Assembly (NCBI GenBank): GCA_030141605.1
Contig: JAQGDQ010001250.1
Coordinates: 1-52,225 of the forward strand
Reading direction: 5' to 3'
DNA length: 52,225 bases
Source: Tubiluchus corallicola
Lineage: Eukaryota > Animalia > Priapulida
The notes below the pieces were generated by a model. The model searched no databases. It was not told the DNA's origin and saw nothing but the letters and a program-made list of their open reading frames with translations. Positions 1 through 30,103 of this stretch are shown here, piece by piece (position 1 is the stretch's first letter; every line of letters starts with the position of its first letter). A program made the position numbers and the translations under genes.

Positions 1-2045
<2,045 letters not shown>

Positions 2046-2165
2046 GTAAATTTTCTATGTACTGTAAAATAAGTATTTAGGTAACGGTTAAGTAACATAT
2101 TGAATCTTAATGTGAAGGATTTTTTTTTGTAAAAAAGTAACAAACAAAGATTATTGCTCTGTAGT

Positions 2166-18536
<16,371 letters not shown>

Positions 18537-19156
18537 TTTCCGTCACCTCCGAGATCCGTTTGCAAGAGAAATGATCTGATATTGCAAGCTTTGCGTGACT
18601 GTGAAAATTTCTCTTTTGATGATTCGTGTAGCGTCTAGTCCGTAAGTACACGTGTTTACCCTTGCGTATACAGAGCCGTAACTAAAACGCAAAGCTCATC
18701 GCTTGAATTTTTAGAACGTAGTAGAACAATCGATGAGTCACAGTCGATGAGTCACAGTCACAATCGATGCGAGGTCAGCAAGAGACAAAAAAAAACTCGT
18801 GGCTAAAACTGACGTCTAACATATTGGTGTATCACTCCGCCTCTCCTGTGACGTAAGCACTCTCAGCGGCATTCGGGACAACAGCTCACTGTAGGACAAC
18901 AACTGTCTAAGCTAAACTAAACTAAACAACATGACAGTCACAACTAATGTCTAATCAGCAGATAAACTGATAGCTCTTTTTCATAAACACAAATTTGCAG
19001 AGCAGCAGCTATTTTCACACGAAATTATCACTTCAAATAGCCAAAAATGACTTTTCAACTTAAACGGAATGTAGAGACGAAGTTTCAAAGCACTACAAAA
19101 TACAGAGACATAAGTATAATCAAGAAACTAAGAAAGACAGCCTTGCTTTACAGTAA

Positions 19157-19640
19157 ATTCTTCTTCTTCTTCCCAGCTTTTCCCTATGCGGGGTCGCCGT
19201 TGTGAATGAGTCTTCTCCACGCATTCCTGTTGTTGACCATCTCTTCATTTATGTCTTCCCTTCCCACATGATCTTCCCCGACTCTTCTTTTCAGGTGTCC
19301 ATACCAACGCAATCTTGCGAGGCTTCCACTACTTTTACTGTTCCTCTGATATTATTATTTCTAATTTTATCTCTTCTTGTTATTCCCACCATCCATCTCA
19401 ACATCCTCATCTCCACCACACCCATTTTCTTCTCTTCGGTCTTCTTTAGAGAAGCTGCTTCCAGCCCATAGATTAAAGCGGGTCTGACCACTTTTTTGTG
19501 GATATCTCATTCATAGGTTTTGGCGCAGTTTTTACAGGCGGATGCCCTGCCTGACCCTAACCCTCTCTATTTATCTGGGCTTGGGACCGGCACTGAGTTG
19601 GGCTAGTGGCTTGCCCCCCCCTCCCCCCCCGTTGGCTAGG
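19157..19640 (-). mobile_element. Internally deleted RTE-clade LINE (5' UTR joined to 3' ORF end)
   Basis: Minus-strand peptide VRPALIYGLEA...EMRMLRWMVGITRRDKIRN (RTE RT C-terminus); (GAA)n tail; 5' GGCATCC...GTAAAAAC motif recalled as RTE 5' UTR; TSD TTTACAGTAA at 19147-19156 and 19641-19650. Confidence 0.85.
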
Positions 19641-20017
19641 TTTACAGTAAGTGAGCAACAAAACTATTAAATCTCCCTTGCCTTTAAACATGCAAACATC
19701 AAGCCTGCAATGTATTTTTCTATATTAACTGATCATGTGCTCGTCTGCAAGATTTATTAAGATTTTCTCAGGCTACGGAAATGGAATAAATTCGATTGTC
19801 TCATTCACCGACGACCCTTATATTGAATGTCCGAGTTCCATAAGTCTCAATGGCATCGTTTAACCTTGATTAGAAACGGAAAAATAGCGTAAAATTAACT
19901 AATATTAGACCTACATTGATGCATAATATGTGTTTTGATCAGATTTGAATTAATTTTGACTGTGAAGATCTCATTGACGTTTATAAAAACTGGCCAGAAA
20001 AGAAACATTTTGCCTAA

Positions 20018-20833
20018 GCTAAATGAGGGGTTTCTACGAACTTCGTGTAATTATGTAAGTTGTTACGGATTCTCCTGGATGAGTTCAGCTCTGCTTCTAG
20101 GCCTCAACTATTGCTGATCCAGGTTTATTTTCTACAACCTGCGTACGCTAAATGAGGTATTTCTACGAATGTGCTAGCTTACTCGTAATCATGTAAGCTG
20201 TTACGGATTCTCCTGGATGAGTTCAGCTCTGCTTCTAGGCCTCAACTATTGCTGATCCAGGTTTATTTTCTACAACCTGCGTATGCTAAATGAGGTATTT
20301 CTACGAATGTGCTAGCTTACTCGTAATCATGTAAGCTGTTACGGATTCTCCTGGATGAGTTCAGCTCTGCTTCTAGGCCTCAACTATTGCTGATCCAGGT
20401 TTATTTTCTACAACCTGCATACGCTAAATGAGGTATTTCTACGAATGTGCTAGCTTACTAGTCATCATGTAAGTTGTTACGGATTCTCCTGGATGAGTTC
20501 AGCTCTGCTTCTAGGCCTCAACTATTGCTGATCCAGGTTTATTTTCTACAACCTGCATACGCTAAATGAGGTATTTCTACGAATGTGCTAGCTTACTCGT
20601 AATCATGTAAGTTGTTACGGATTCTCCTGGATGAGTTCAGCTCTGCTTCTAGGCCTCAACTATTGCTGATCCAGGTTTATTTTCTACAACCTGCATACGC
20701 TAAATGAGGTATTTCTACGAATGTGTTGGCTTACTCGTAATCATGTAAGTTGTTACGGATTCTCCTGGATGAGTTCAGCTCTGCTTCTAGGCTTCAACTA
20801 TTGCTGATCCAGGTTCATTTTCTACAACCTGCG
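20018..20833. repeat. 138-bp tandem repeat, ~6 copies
   Basis: ttacggattctcc recurs at 20201, 20339, 20477, 20615 and 20753. Confidence 0.93.
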
Positions 20834-22249
20834 CAAACTTATTGATAAGTGCGCAGGCTGGAAGTTCTACAGGCAGTTCACCCTTTAATCATTTCTACCT
20901 ACCAACTCGAGTTCCAATGACCTGAAATCTCTTCTCAACCGGAGTTCGAGAACATTAAAGCAACGTCATATGATCAGTCTAACCTCGTTAGGTTAACTTG
21001 TCCTTATTTAAAGTTAATCAAACAGTTGTTTTTATCTAACTTGCAAAGTCATAAACTAAAGTAAACTGCATATTTTCTTGATTGCAAAATGGTTTAATCA
21101 GCAACTCATAGACGTAAGCGTTGTGCATTTCTTCCTAAAAAACGAAACTAGGCTATATTTCCACTAATTCACCTGCAATTTCAATTAACAATACAGACAA
21201 TCGACAACCTGTAATAAAATCTAAAACCAAGCTGTTTCCTCTTCTGCATATTTATGAAAAGTAGAGCATTTTTCATAAAAACATAACGTATACCGACAGT
21301 AGATAGTTACAGCTCTTGTCTCGAAAGACGAGGTAATGAACAGGCTCTGTGGGCGTGTGAAAAATGTGCACGTTGATTGGACAGTCAACAGAACTTGACT
21401 GAGAATGATTGACGTTCACTAGTGGGGGGGCTACTCGAGAAAACGTTAAGCCATTATTTTAATAAAGTGTAAAACTAAACAAACATATGTTTACATAATT
21501 ATTACATATTATGTAATTTTATTGTTGTAATTTAAAACAAATGAACATACGAAATTTATACATACATTTGATAAAATCCTAAACAAAAAATATTGTTTGC
21601 TTACGAATAGCCTTAATTGTCTCAGTTGAAGAATATCCCGACACATGGCGTTTAAGCACGTGACAACTGACAACACACTGCGTGAGGGACAGTACCTTTT
21701 CTACCTAAAGTACATCATCTTATCTCACATATGTGCACATGGCAGCACTGCTTTGGCTGTCAAGTAAACAGTACTACCCTCACGTGCTCTGTGGTATATT
21801 GAGTGAAAATAGGGGTGCTGCAGTTCCACACTATCTATACACGAGATTCCACTGATTGTGATGTAATGTTTTTATGCTTTTGTCTGGTTTTACACTGAAA
21901 TAATCTAATGATGTATGTGGTGACACACAGTGTTAATATTAGTGATTTAGTGACAGACACTGCTAATATAATTACATACAGTTGTGATTTAGCGGGGCCA
22001 AACTGGTTCTTCTGATTACTACATCAGAATTGGGGTTGCACTTCAACCATGTGGGCGCTTAATACACAGATTTTCATCTACATAAGACGAGTTGTAATTT
22101 CTATTAATAGAAACAGAAATGTAAAAGTGTTTTATATTGAGGTACATCATTCATATTAGATCAAAGTTCTACTGTTACTGCCACTACAATGTTACTATTA
22201 CACATGAGTTATTCAATCAGTGTTAGTGCAGTTATTCAACCAGTGCCGA

Positions 22250-22665
22250 TTTTTCGTAACGTTTTTCCCATGTAAAAACCCATGTACAAATACTAAGGTA
22301 TTTGTACATAAGGGACGATATCTTCGGGTCCAGCGTAATAGAAACCCGGGTAAATTACGTCACATATAAGGAACCCTATGATCAAAGCGAAATCGATTGA
22401 TTCTTAACCTCAATTTTTCACAAACTCGGCCTTCAAACAGCGCGGTTTCCTCAGTCACATACATCTCGCATCGCTGAAGGAGCTTCCTACATACCGTTTG
22501 CACTGAACATGTAGCAATAATCCACAAAAATCTGGATAGAAGGGCAGAAAAGTGCAGGTCTAGATACACCCTTGGTCTGACTCAACTTCGGTTATAAGGG
22601 ATATCCGATATAAGGGACGGGTTTTTCCGGTCGCGAGGTGTCCCTTATATCTAAGGTTGACAGTA
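22250..22665 (+). mobile_element. 5'-truncated copy of the Tc1/mariner-type MITE at 30104-30613, same orientation
   Basis: Colinear similarity with ~30160-30613; ends aaggttgacag|ta. Confidence 0.82.
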
Positions 22666-22741
22666 ATTAATAATGACCACGTAGAAATTAGATTAGTGGG
22701 TGCTCTAATGCAACTTCGCAACAGAGATCTGTAAACATTTA

Positions 22742-23207
22742 TTAACCCTTTCAGTCCCAAATTGTTTTTTAATAAGAAATTGTTTTTTGATCTCGTACTT
22801 TTGTTCAGTATGTCCATCTTGTTTACACATAATAATTATTTTTTTCTACCTGTGCCCGCGTGCTAAATATAGCCTGTATTCCACGGGATACATTGTGATT
22901 CAATGGAAGCATAAAATGTGCTTCATTTTGCAACTGCTGATAATTTTTTAAAGTATTTAAGACATTTAGTATGCATGCTAAGCTGATCTGTACAAAGTCG
23001 TCTCTAAAGTACTGTACCTTGCGCAGTTTTTTATGCTACGTAGATTTTCTAGTTTGCCATTTTATCACCATTTTTAGTCTATTGTTATTGGCATAAATCA
23101 AAATAACTATTAACAGATCAAATAACTGTCCGTTTTAAAATTTTGTTAATTTTAAAGGCAGAAAAATTCTCGCATCCCACGGGATACAACGGGTATGAAA
23201 GGGTTAA
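22742..23207 (+). mobile_element. piggyBac-type MITE, copy 2
   Basis: TTAA|CCCTTTC...GAAAGGG|TTAA; near-identical to 10591-11054; ends 21 bp before FBXO4 exon 4. Confidence 0.88.
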
Positions 23208-23228
23208 TATTTTCTCCAACTGATGTAG

Positions 23229-24574
23229 GAATTGGAGCCGGGATTTACGTGAAGATGAACTCGTACAGATTCAACCTCGTCACACTGTACTCGAATACGA
23301 AGCGAGTCAGAGAACAAGCGGGCAACAGACGACACGAGAACAATCGTTTGCTCTTACAGGAAGAGGGCAGCGATGACTATCAACCGACTCCTGCAATGAA
23401 GGATCTGGCAAGGAAGGCCGATGCATTCATCTAATTTGTAAATTCTAAGAAAGAAAACAAAAATGGTACGTCTCACTTTATAAAATCTAATGATTATTTT
23501 GAACATTAAACGAGAAAGTCTTTGCTAGGCCTATGGCGTCTATACAGACTGGTCTGTAGTTTTTCATTTCCCGAAACCCCCATACCAAGCACAGCAATGA
23601 TTTTAGGCAATGAAACCCCATACCAAGCACAGCAATGAAACCCCACGCCAAGAACAGCAATGATTTTAGGCAATGAAACCCCATACCAAGCACAGCAATG
23701 ATTTTAGGCAATGAAACCCCATACCAAGCACAGCAATGAAACCCCACGCCAAGAACAGCAATGATTTTAGGCAATGAAACCCCATACCAAGCACAGCAAT
23801 GATTTTAGGCAATGAAACCCCATACCAAGCACAGCAATGATTTTAGGCAATGAAACCCCATACCAAGCACAGCAATGATTTTAGGCAATGAAACCCCACA
23901 CCAAGCACAGCAATGATTTTAGGCAATGAAACCCCACACCAAGAACAGCAATGATTTTAGGCAATGAAACCCCATACCAAGCACAGCAATGATTTTAGGC
24001 AATGAAACCCCACACCAAGAACAACAATGATTTTAGGCAATGAAACCCCACACCAAGAACAACAATGATTTTAGGCAATGAAACCCCATACCAAGCACAG
24101 CAAAAAAAAACAATTACTTTGTAGTTTCTAGCCCCACAAAATTTTGTTTTTTATTTGAATTGTAGTCTTTTTGGATGGATCCCTCGAGATGGAACTTAAT
24201 GCACTTGTCAGTGTAAAGTGGAGTCCCTCTTACGTCCCATTGCTAGTCCTTGCAGCCATCGGACTCGGGAGTCATGCACACCTGCCATCTATTGATGTGG
24301 TTCGAAAACTTGGCATGCAGAGCCTCTGTCGACCGTGGCAGGTACGTCAACAACAACTCTTACAAATGATCTTTGGCGTAGCTAGTCTGTGTGGAAACAT
24401 AGTCTCAGAGACTAACGTCAAAGTGTGCTTGGCGTAATTAGTCTGTGTGGAAACGTAGTCTCACAGAGAGTAATACCGTTTCTCTTATCGCAGGTTCACA
24501 AGGTCATCGTTGATGATTTGACCGGCGTCCCCGAAGCCATTGAATGGTCAGTGGAACAATCTCAGCGGAGATGA
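23229..24574 (+). pseudogene. FBXO4: FBXO4-like C-terminal exons 4-6, lying upstream of exons 1-3; in-frame TAA in exon 4
   Basis: Exon 4 23229-23465 (G)IGAGIYVKMNSYRFNLVTLYSNTKRVRE...ADAFI*FVNSK; exon 5 24166-24341 ...PLLVLAAIG...LPSIDVVRKLGMQSLCRPWQ; exon 6 24494-24574 VHKVIVDDLTGVPEAIEWSVEQSQRR*. These parallel recalled vertebrate FBXO4 motifs GIGSGVNFQLN..FNILILYSTTRKER, VDGFIYV, PLLVLSC, HPW and LTGFLNGIEWI. Splice sites are intact and phase-compatible; TAA at 23432-23434. Confidence 0.88.
23573..24102. repeat. 38-bp minisatellite in FBXO4-like intron 4
   Basis: Unit gaaaccccataccaagcacagcaatgattttaggcaat. Confidence 0.94.
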
Positions 24575-25132
24575 TTCTCCGTAATTCAGCGCTCGTGTTC
24601 AAATGACGATTTAAAAAATCTGTAGATACACTTTGTAATGTAAATTCAAAATTCATATACAATCCTTTTTCTATCAGTACATTTGTCTTCTGGCTGTACT
24701 AAAAATATACTGTACTAAATATGTATGCTCCCATTACAAAGATACATAAGCAATAGATTAACAGAAGCTTATTCATGAAAAATATATCACATTAATTATT
24801 TATGTAAATACGTGCGCATATTTGTATAAATGTAACACACAGTCGTATTTTATAATGTAAATTTATTGTTTGTATACAAATATTTTACTCTGCTTACTCA
24901 TGATAATAAAATATATCTAAAATTAGCTACATGAATATACGCATTTGTAGCCTCATATAATGGAGATCATAACTATTGTGGCAAACGAAGATGAAAGTAG
25001 ACAGCTGCATTGTCACACAGCTGCATTGTCACACAGCTGCTTTTTACAAGAGATATGCACCCTAAAACAAGACATGCACTCGTCATACAAACAGTTAAAC
25101 AATTCATATCACAGATTACACTGAGCAGTAAA

Positions 25133-25372
25133 TTAACCCTTTCAGTCCCAAATTATTTTTTTAATAAGAAAAAAAATTTGGCTAATAAACTTTTTTATGC
25201 TATGTAGATTTTCTAGTTTGCCATTTTATCACCATTTTTAGTCTATTGTTATTGGCTTAAATCAAAATAACTATTAACAGATCAAATAACTGCCAGTTTT
25301 AAAATTTTATCAATTTTAAAGGCAGAAAATATTCTCGTATCCCACGGGATACAACGGGTATGAAAGGGTTAA
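25133..25372 (+). mobile_element. piggyBac-type MITE, copy 3 (internally deleted)
   Basis: Same TTAA-CCCTTTC/GAAAGGG-TTAA ends; lacks the central part of copies 1 and 2. Confidence 0.86.
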
Positions 25373-25445
25373 TGAAAATGAAGTTAGTTCTTAGCAATAA
25401 CAAACACCCATCCAATCACTGGCCAAAGTGAACACAACCGAAGAG

Positions 25446-25628
25446 ATGTCTCTAATGCTAGAATTACCCAAGCTCTACCAGGAGGAGATGAGTAGGTACA
25501 ATTTAGAGACGGTGTGTGCAACAGGCGGTTTACAACAATGCATGAATAAATTGATGAAAGCTAGGAGTGATGACAAAGTGGGTCCCACTTCGTGTGATGA
25601 TAATGATGATGTCTTCAGTTATTTGCCG
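25446..25628 (+). CDS. FBXO4: FBXO4-like exon 1
   Basis: ATG at 25446; MSLMLELPK...DDVFSYLP|gtaggt supplies the LP start of the F-box. Confidence 0.75.
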
Positions 25629-28600
25629 GTAGGTAACTATATGGGTTTGTAAGTAACATGGGCACACTGAAAACAAGCAGTGTTGATCTATTGTTGCTGA
25701 CTTGTTTTTGTTGTTGCTGTTGTCGTTCTTCCAGCCGTCATTGTTGCCTGCTTGCTGTTGTTGTTCTGCAGCTGTTAGTTTTGTTGCTATTGTTGTCGCT
25801 GTTATTGACGTTGCTGCTGTCATCGATACTGTTGCTATTGATGTTGCTGTTGTCATCATTATTCTCACTATCATTCTTGCTTGCATTCTGTTGTTGTTGT
25901 TGTGCTGCTGTTAGTTTTGTTGCTATTTTCATTGTATTCATTGGCGCTGCTGCTGTCATTGACAGTGTTGCTATTGATGTTGTCATCATTGTTCTTACTG
26001 TAATTGTTGCTGGTTTGCTGTTGTTGTTGTTGTTCTGCAGTTGTTTGTTTTGTCGCTATTGTCATCGTTTGTTATTAGTGCTGCTACTGTCATCGATGCT
26101 GTTACTATTGATGTTGTCGTCATTGTTGTTGGCTTGCTTTTGTTATTCTGCATCTGTTAGTTTTGTTACTGTAGCCATCGTTGCTATTGATGCTTCTGCT
26201 GTCATTGACGCTGTTGCTGTTGCTGTTGCTGTTGCTACTGTTCTTATTGTTGCTGTTGTCATTGCTATTTAAATTTTTTATTGTTTTATATTGAATAATA
26301 TAGGTAATAGTTTTATTTTAGTGCCTGCAATCTAAACAAACAAATATAGGCTAATTATTCGATACTTCCTTAGGTTAAATGTTAAATTTATAATTAGTTG
26401 CAAATTAGTTAAAATAATTACAATTCGGAAAGCAACACGCAGTTTTATAATAATAATTACGTGTCATAAAATGCTTATAATAATTAATAGAAAGCGCACA
26501 AGTGTTCTATTCACATGATATACACCCTCGCCTCGTGACATTTAATCTGAATTCTCCATTACAGATGGCAGCACCATGCAATTTTAAGCCGCAAAATCTG
26601 TTTCGTCATGTGCCCTTCCGGCAGTTCCTTTAAGTTTTTGCGCAAGAAGTTCGTACAAAAAGCGAGGTACGTGGTTTCGACTTAAAGGAACCGCCGGAAG
26701 GGCACATGACGAAACAGATTTTTCTGCTTAAAATTGCATGGTACTGCCATCTGTAATGATGTTTTAATTGACGTTATACGATAGATATGATCATAATTTC
26801 ATTCACACGTATAATAGAATTCAGAAGTAGTTGACGTATTTTCATGTTGTTGATGTACATATGTTTGTAAACTATGTGTTCATTAGTTGAAGTTTCTATA
26901 TAACGGAAGTGGTGCTGATAAAGCACAAAGCAGTATAGATCTAGCATCTCCTGAACATTCTTTTATGCATGTTTGGGTCGGTTTCCAAATCTGTCAGATT
27001 CTTTGGATTTATTCCATCATTTATATGTAATAATCTCGAAATTAAATTTATTAAGTATTAATTAATTACCCGTGGATTATTTCTTGCAGGCTCTAAATTA
27101 ATTTCAAAACTGAATTCAAAATAATATATTTAATTAGCAATTTTCCTAGCATAGGTAAATTAATCTCGAAAATGTTCAATACTGAATTGGTTTCCCAGTC
27201 ATATGGACTGAATTAAATTACTGAGGAATGTAGTCTAGTGGTTATGATATTCATCTTTCAAGTGAAAGGTACCTGGTTCAAATCCAGGCCGTTCCTGACT
27301 TTAATTCGGGCAAGTTTACTTGCAAAACTTGATATAGAATTAATTGCTGGAGTAAGGTCTGTCTTACCCTAATGAGGACAACTTTTATTTTTAAATGTTC
27401 AATGCTTATAATTAACATAATGCATATTTGTGGTTTTGTAGTTGTTATTGTTGATGACGGCAATGATGATGGTTTTATTTTGCAGGTACAAGTTCAACTA
27501 CACATCTTATCATTCTTGACTTCAGCTGAACTGTGCAACGTGGCCGTGGTGTCAAAACAATGGAACATGCTCTCCTGTGATAACATGCTGTGGAGAACCC
27601 ATTTAAACAGAGACATCCATTCCTGGGATGTGATTGGTAGTGTGACCAACCCCGACATGTATGCCGAGGTTGAATCTGATTGGTCGACCAAAGAAATGTG
27701 AGTTGCAGTACTCAGTAAGTGTTCATTACACTGAAGGAAATGTAACGATGCGAGGCATAATGTTAGTTTGATCAGTTAAGAGTAAAGTCTCATAATCTAA
27801 AGTTCGTGAGTTCAATTCTCGACAGTGTAGTTTTTGATTTGTTGCTAGTATCAGGATTTTTGATTGACATTAACTTCAGGACACTAAGTTCATGTGAAAA
27901 AGGTGCCAGTGACTGGCAGTAAAAGATATCAGACTGACAAAACTGTACGAGACAACCTGGTATCCCATTCACTTAAGACCACACTTGATGAAAAACTGAC
28001 CTCGCATTTGGGCCATAGTGTATGAAAGAAAGTCCTAGGAATCATCCAAAACATCACAAATAAGGAATAAAATCATTTGCACACTAATTATGGGAGTACA
28101 TTTACCTACTAATCAAGAGGCTACCAGGTCGCATCTCAGTTTGCAAGGCCTTCTCAGCCACAAATAATAACTACAATTTCATTTTTTTATCTAATAAAAT
28201 TACCAAATTAAAATCTACAAAATTACGCTCTCGAGATTAAATTGTATTGCACCGTAAGCGTCATTGTGACTGCAGCCATTTTATAAAGTTGATAACAAAC
28301 CCTACTCGAGTTGTCATAATGCCACGTTTTCTTTTTTCACTCTTATTCGTCCCATTCAACCCGCCTGGTGCTTTTAAAATGAATCTTTTATGATTAATTT
28401 ACGTGCTCCTTAGGAAGACACTGGTGTCGCCACCTACATTCATCATTCAGACTTTGTCAATCAGAAACTGAATTTACGTGGTCATTAGGAAGACACTGGT
28501 GTCGCCACCTACATTCATCATTCATAAACTGATGTATTTTTGCAAATGTTGTAATTCAGATACCTCAGATGTTCTCCTGAAGTCAACAAACTCCGACGAC

Positions 28601-28786
28601 ACGAGAACATCACCATACACCACCTGAGCAGCTTCTTCCGGTCACTGATACCATGGCAACTACCTAAGGTGATCATGTTCGGACCGGGTTTGGAGGATCA
28701 GGATACCAAGGGCATCGTCAGAAAGATGTTATTCGTGGTGAACGACATGTTTAACGTCGTCGGATTCTCGGCCGGCGACCAAAATG
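25446..28786 (+). CDS. FBXO4: FBXO4-like F-box protein, N-terminal exons 1-3 (no downstream exons 4-6 found in the window)
   Basis: Exons 25446-25628, 27486-27697 and 28560-28786. FSYLP|VQVQLHILSFLTSAELCNVAVVSKQWNMLSCDNMLWR is an F-box; RDIHSW, YLRCSP and PKVIMFGPGLE match recalled FBXO4 RDLPSW, YRMCCP and PRFAMFGPGLE. Ends at a phase-1 donor gtgaga. Confidence 0.88.
25690..26270. repeat. Degenerate (GTT/GCT)n low-complexity tract in FBXO4-like intron 1
   Basis: Trinucleotide-rich, with a loose ~115-135 bp higher-order period (ctgttagttttgttgctatt). Confidence 0.88.
26557..26758. repeat. ~200-bp near-perfect palindrome (hairpin, MITE-like)
   Basis: ~80-bp arms cattacagatggcag...ttcctttaagt / acttaaaggaa...ctgccatctgtaatg around a ~44-bp loop. 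Confidence 0.9.
27224..27297 (+). pseudogene. tRNA-like element (Glu TTC anticodon); pseudo-tRNA or SINE head
   Basis: A box TAGTCTAGTGG, anticodon arm TTCAT-CTTTCAA-GTGAA, T arm CCTGG-TTCAAAT-CCAGG, acceptor AGGAATG/CGTTCCT with one extra C. Confidence 0.55.
27486..27697 (+). CDS. FBXO4: FBXO4-like exon 2 (F-box)
   Basis: ttttgcag|VQVQLHILSFL...WSTKE|gtgagt. Confidence 0.92.
28560..28786 (+). CDS. FBXO4: FBXO4-like exon 3
   Basis: ttcag|IYLRCSPEV...MFGPGLEDQDTKG...GDQN|gtgaga. Confidence 0.9.
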
Positions 28787-30103
28787 GTGAGAAACTTACC
28801 ACAAGTTTGGCCATAATTGTGCACATCTATGACTGGCTTACCTTAATGTGCGTGTTTGCGCATGCGTGTAAATGTTCGTAAAGCTGTGTTAAATCACACA
28901 TCAGTTCGAGACTCCGACTTAGTGCGAGTTCACTTTAGCAGGGTTGGCAGTGTGTCCATATATCAAAAACTTTTAGGTTAGGACCAATGTAAAGCAATCT
29001 TTAAAAAATTTGTGTGTTGATTACGTTTTTCTTCAAAACTATGAATAAAAAGAGAAAAAATAGATTCAAAACTATGAATGTTATGTACAGAAAGCCTTCA
29101 CTATTTGATTCATGTTCCAAAGTCGTTTATTCTAAAGAGAATAATAAAGAGAACATTAACAAGTAAGAAAATAAATAAAATGATAAACAGAAGTTTAATA
29201 ATTACGAAGAAGTCAACTTATTGGCAAAAGTACTTTCTCAAATTTCAGAGATTGAATTCATAACTTAATTAAATTATTTAAATTCATGTAACTTACATCG
29301 TTGGCCTTTCGTCAAGATTTAAAATTTCTCAAGATACAAAATTTGGTTATAACTAAACGCTGTTATTAACTATAACACAATAACGATAAAAACATTGCTG
29401 CGAATGAAACGCGACCATCATTGTTCTCCTCCTGTCCTTTCCTCCTCACTCGTAGAGGGCAGCACCTTCTAATAAATAAGTGTCGTTATGCATATTGCAG
29501 TTACAATGAATATAGAGAAAACTTAAAAATGTGGAGAAACACATACGTATATGTTATAATCGACGCTAAATCGTCCTTACTTCTGTAATCTAAAGTTCAT
29601 TTAGCTTTGTGTCTATTCACATGTACTTAGGAAAGGTTTATCTGTTTCTGATTTCCTCATAATTATGTCTGGTTAACTCATTAGACCAGTTTGCTTAGTT
29701 TGTGTATGGTGCTGCCATCTGTTGTGTGCTATGTATGCTATTTGCATAGTTTTTAGTCAGGCTTTTAACGTCCACATACCGTAAGTTATCTGCCAGTTTT
29801 TAGCAATATTTTTATTCCTGGGTGAAATGAGATATCATTAAACAGTAAGCTTTCAAGGGTGTATTAACCAGTAGCATAACTAGCCTATAGCCAAGGGCAC
29901 CAAAGTTTGAAGGACGTCACATTTTAGAAAAAATTCTCTTCGGAAAATGTGTATACTTTTCGGAAAGTGTGTATTTTACAACACACCACAGGCAGTTACT
30001 GAAAGCATCTTTTATATGTGTCACATAACGAACAGGTGCAAGGTATTACACAACAAGCATTTGTGCAGCCTGCTTGTATATAAGTGCTATGCAAATATAT
30101 GTA

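Noticed and set aside
18730-18860. AP-1 (TGAGTCA x2) and CRE-like motifs as the annexin promoter
   Set aside because: Position is plausible, but short motifs without a mapped transcription start are not enough to call.
25530-26272. Hydrophobic or poly-Q/N ORFs up to 204 aa
   Set aside because: Low-complexity GTT/GCT tract inside FBXO4-like intron 1, open in several frames.
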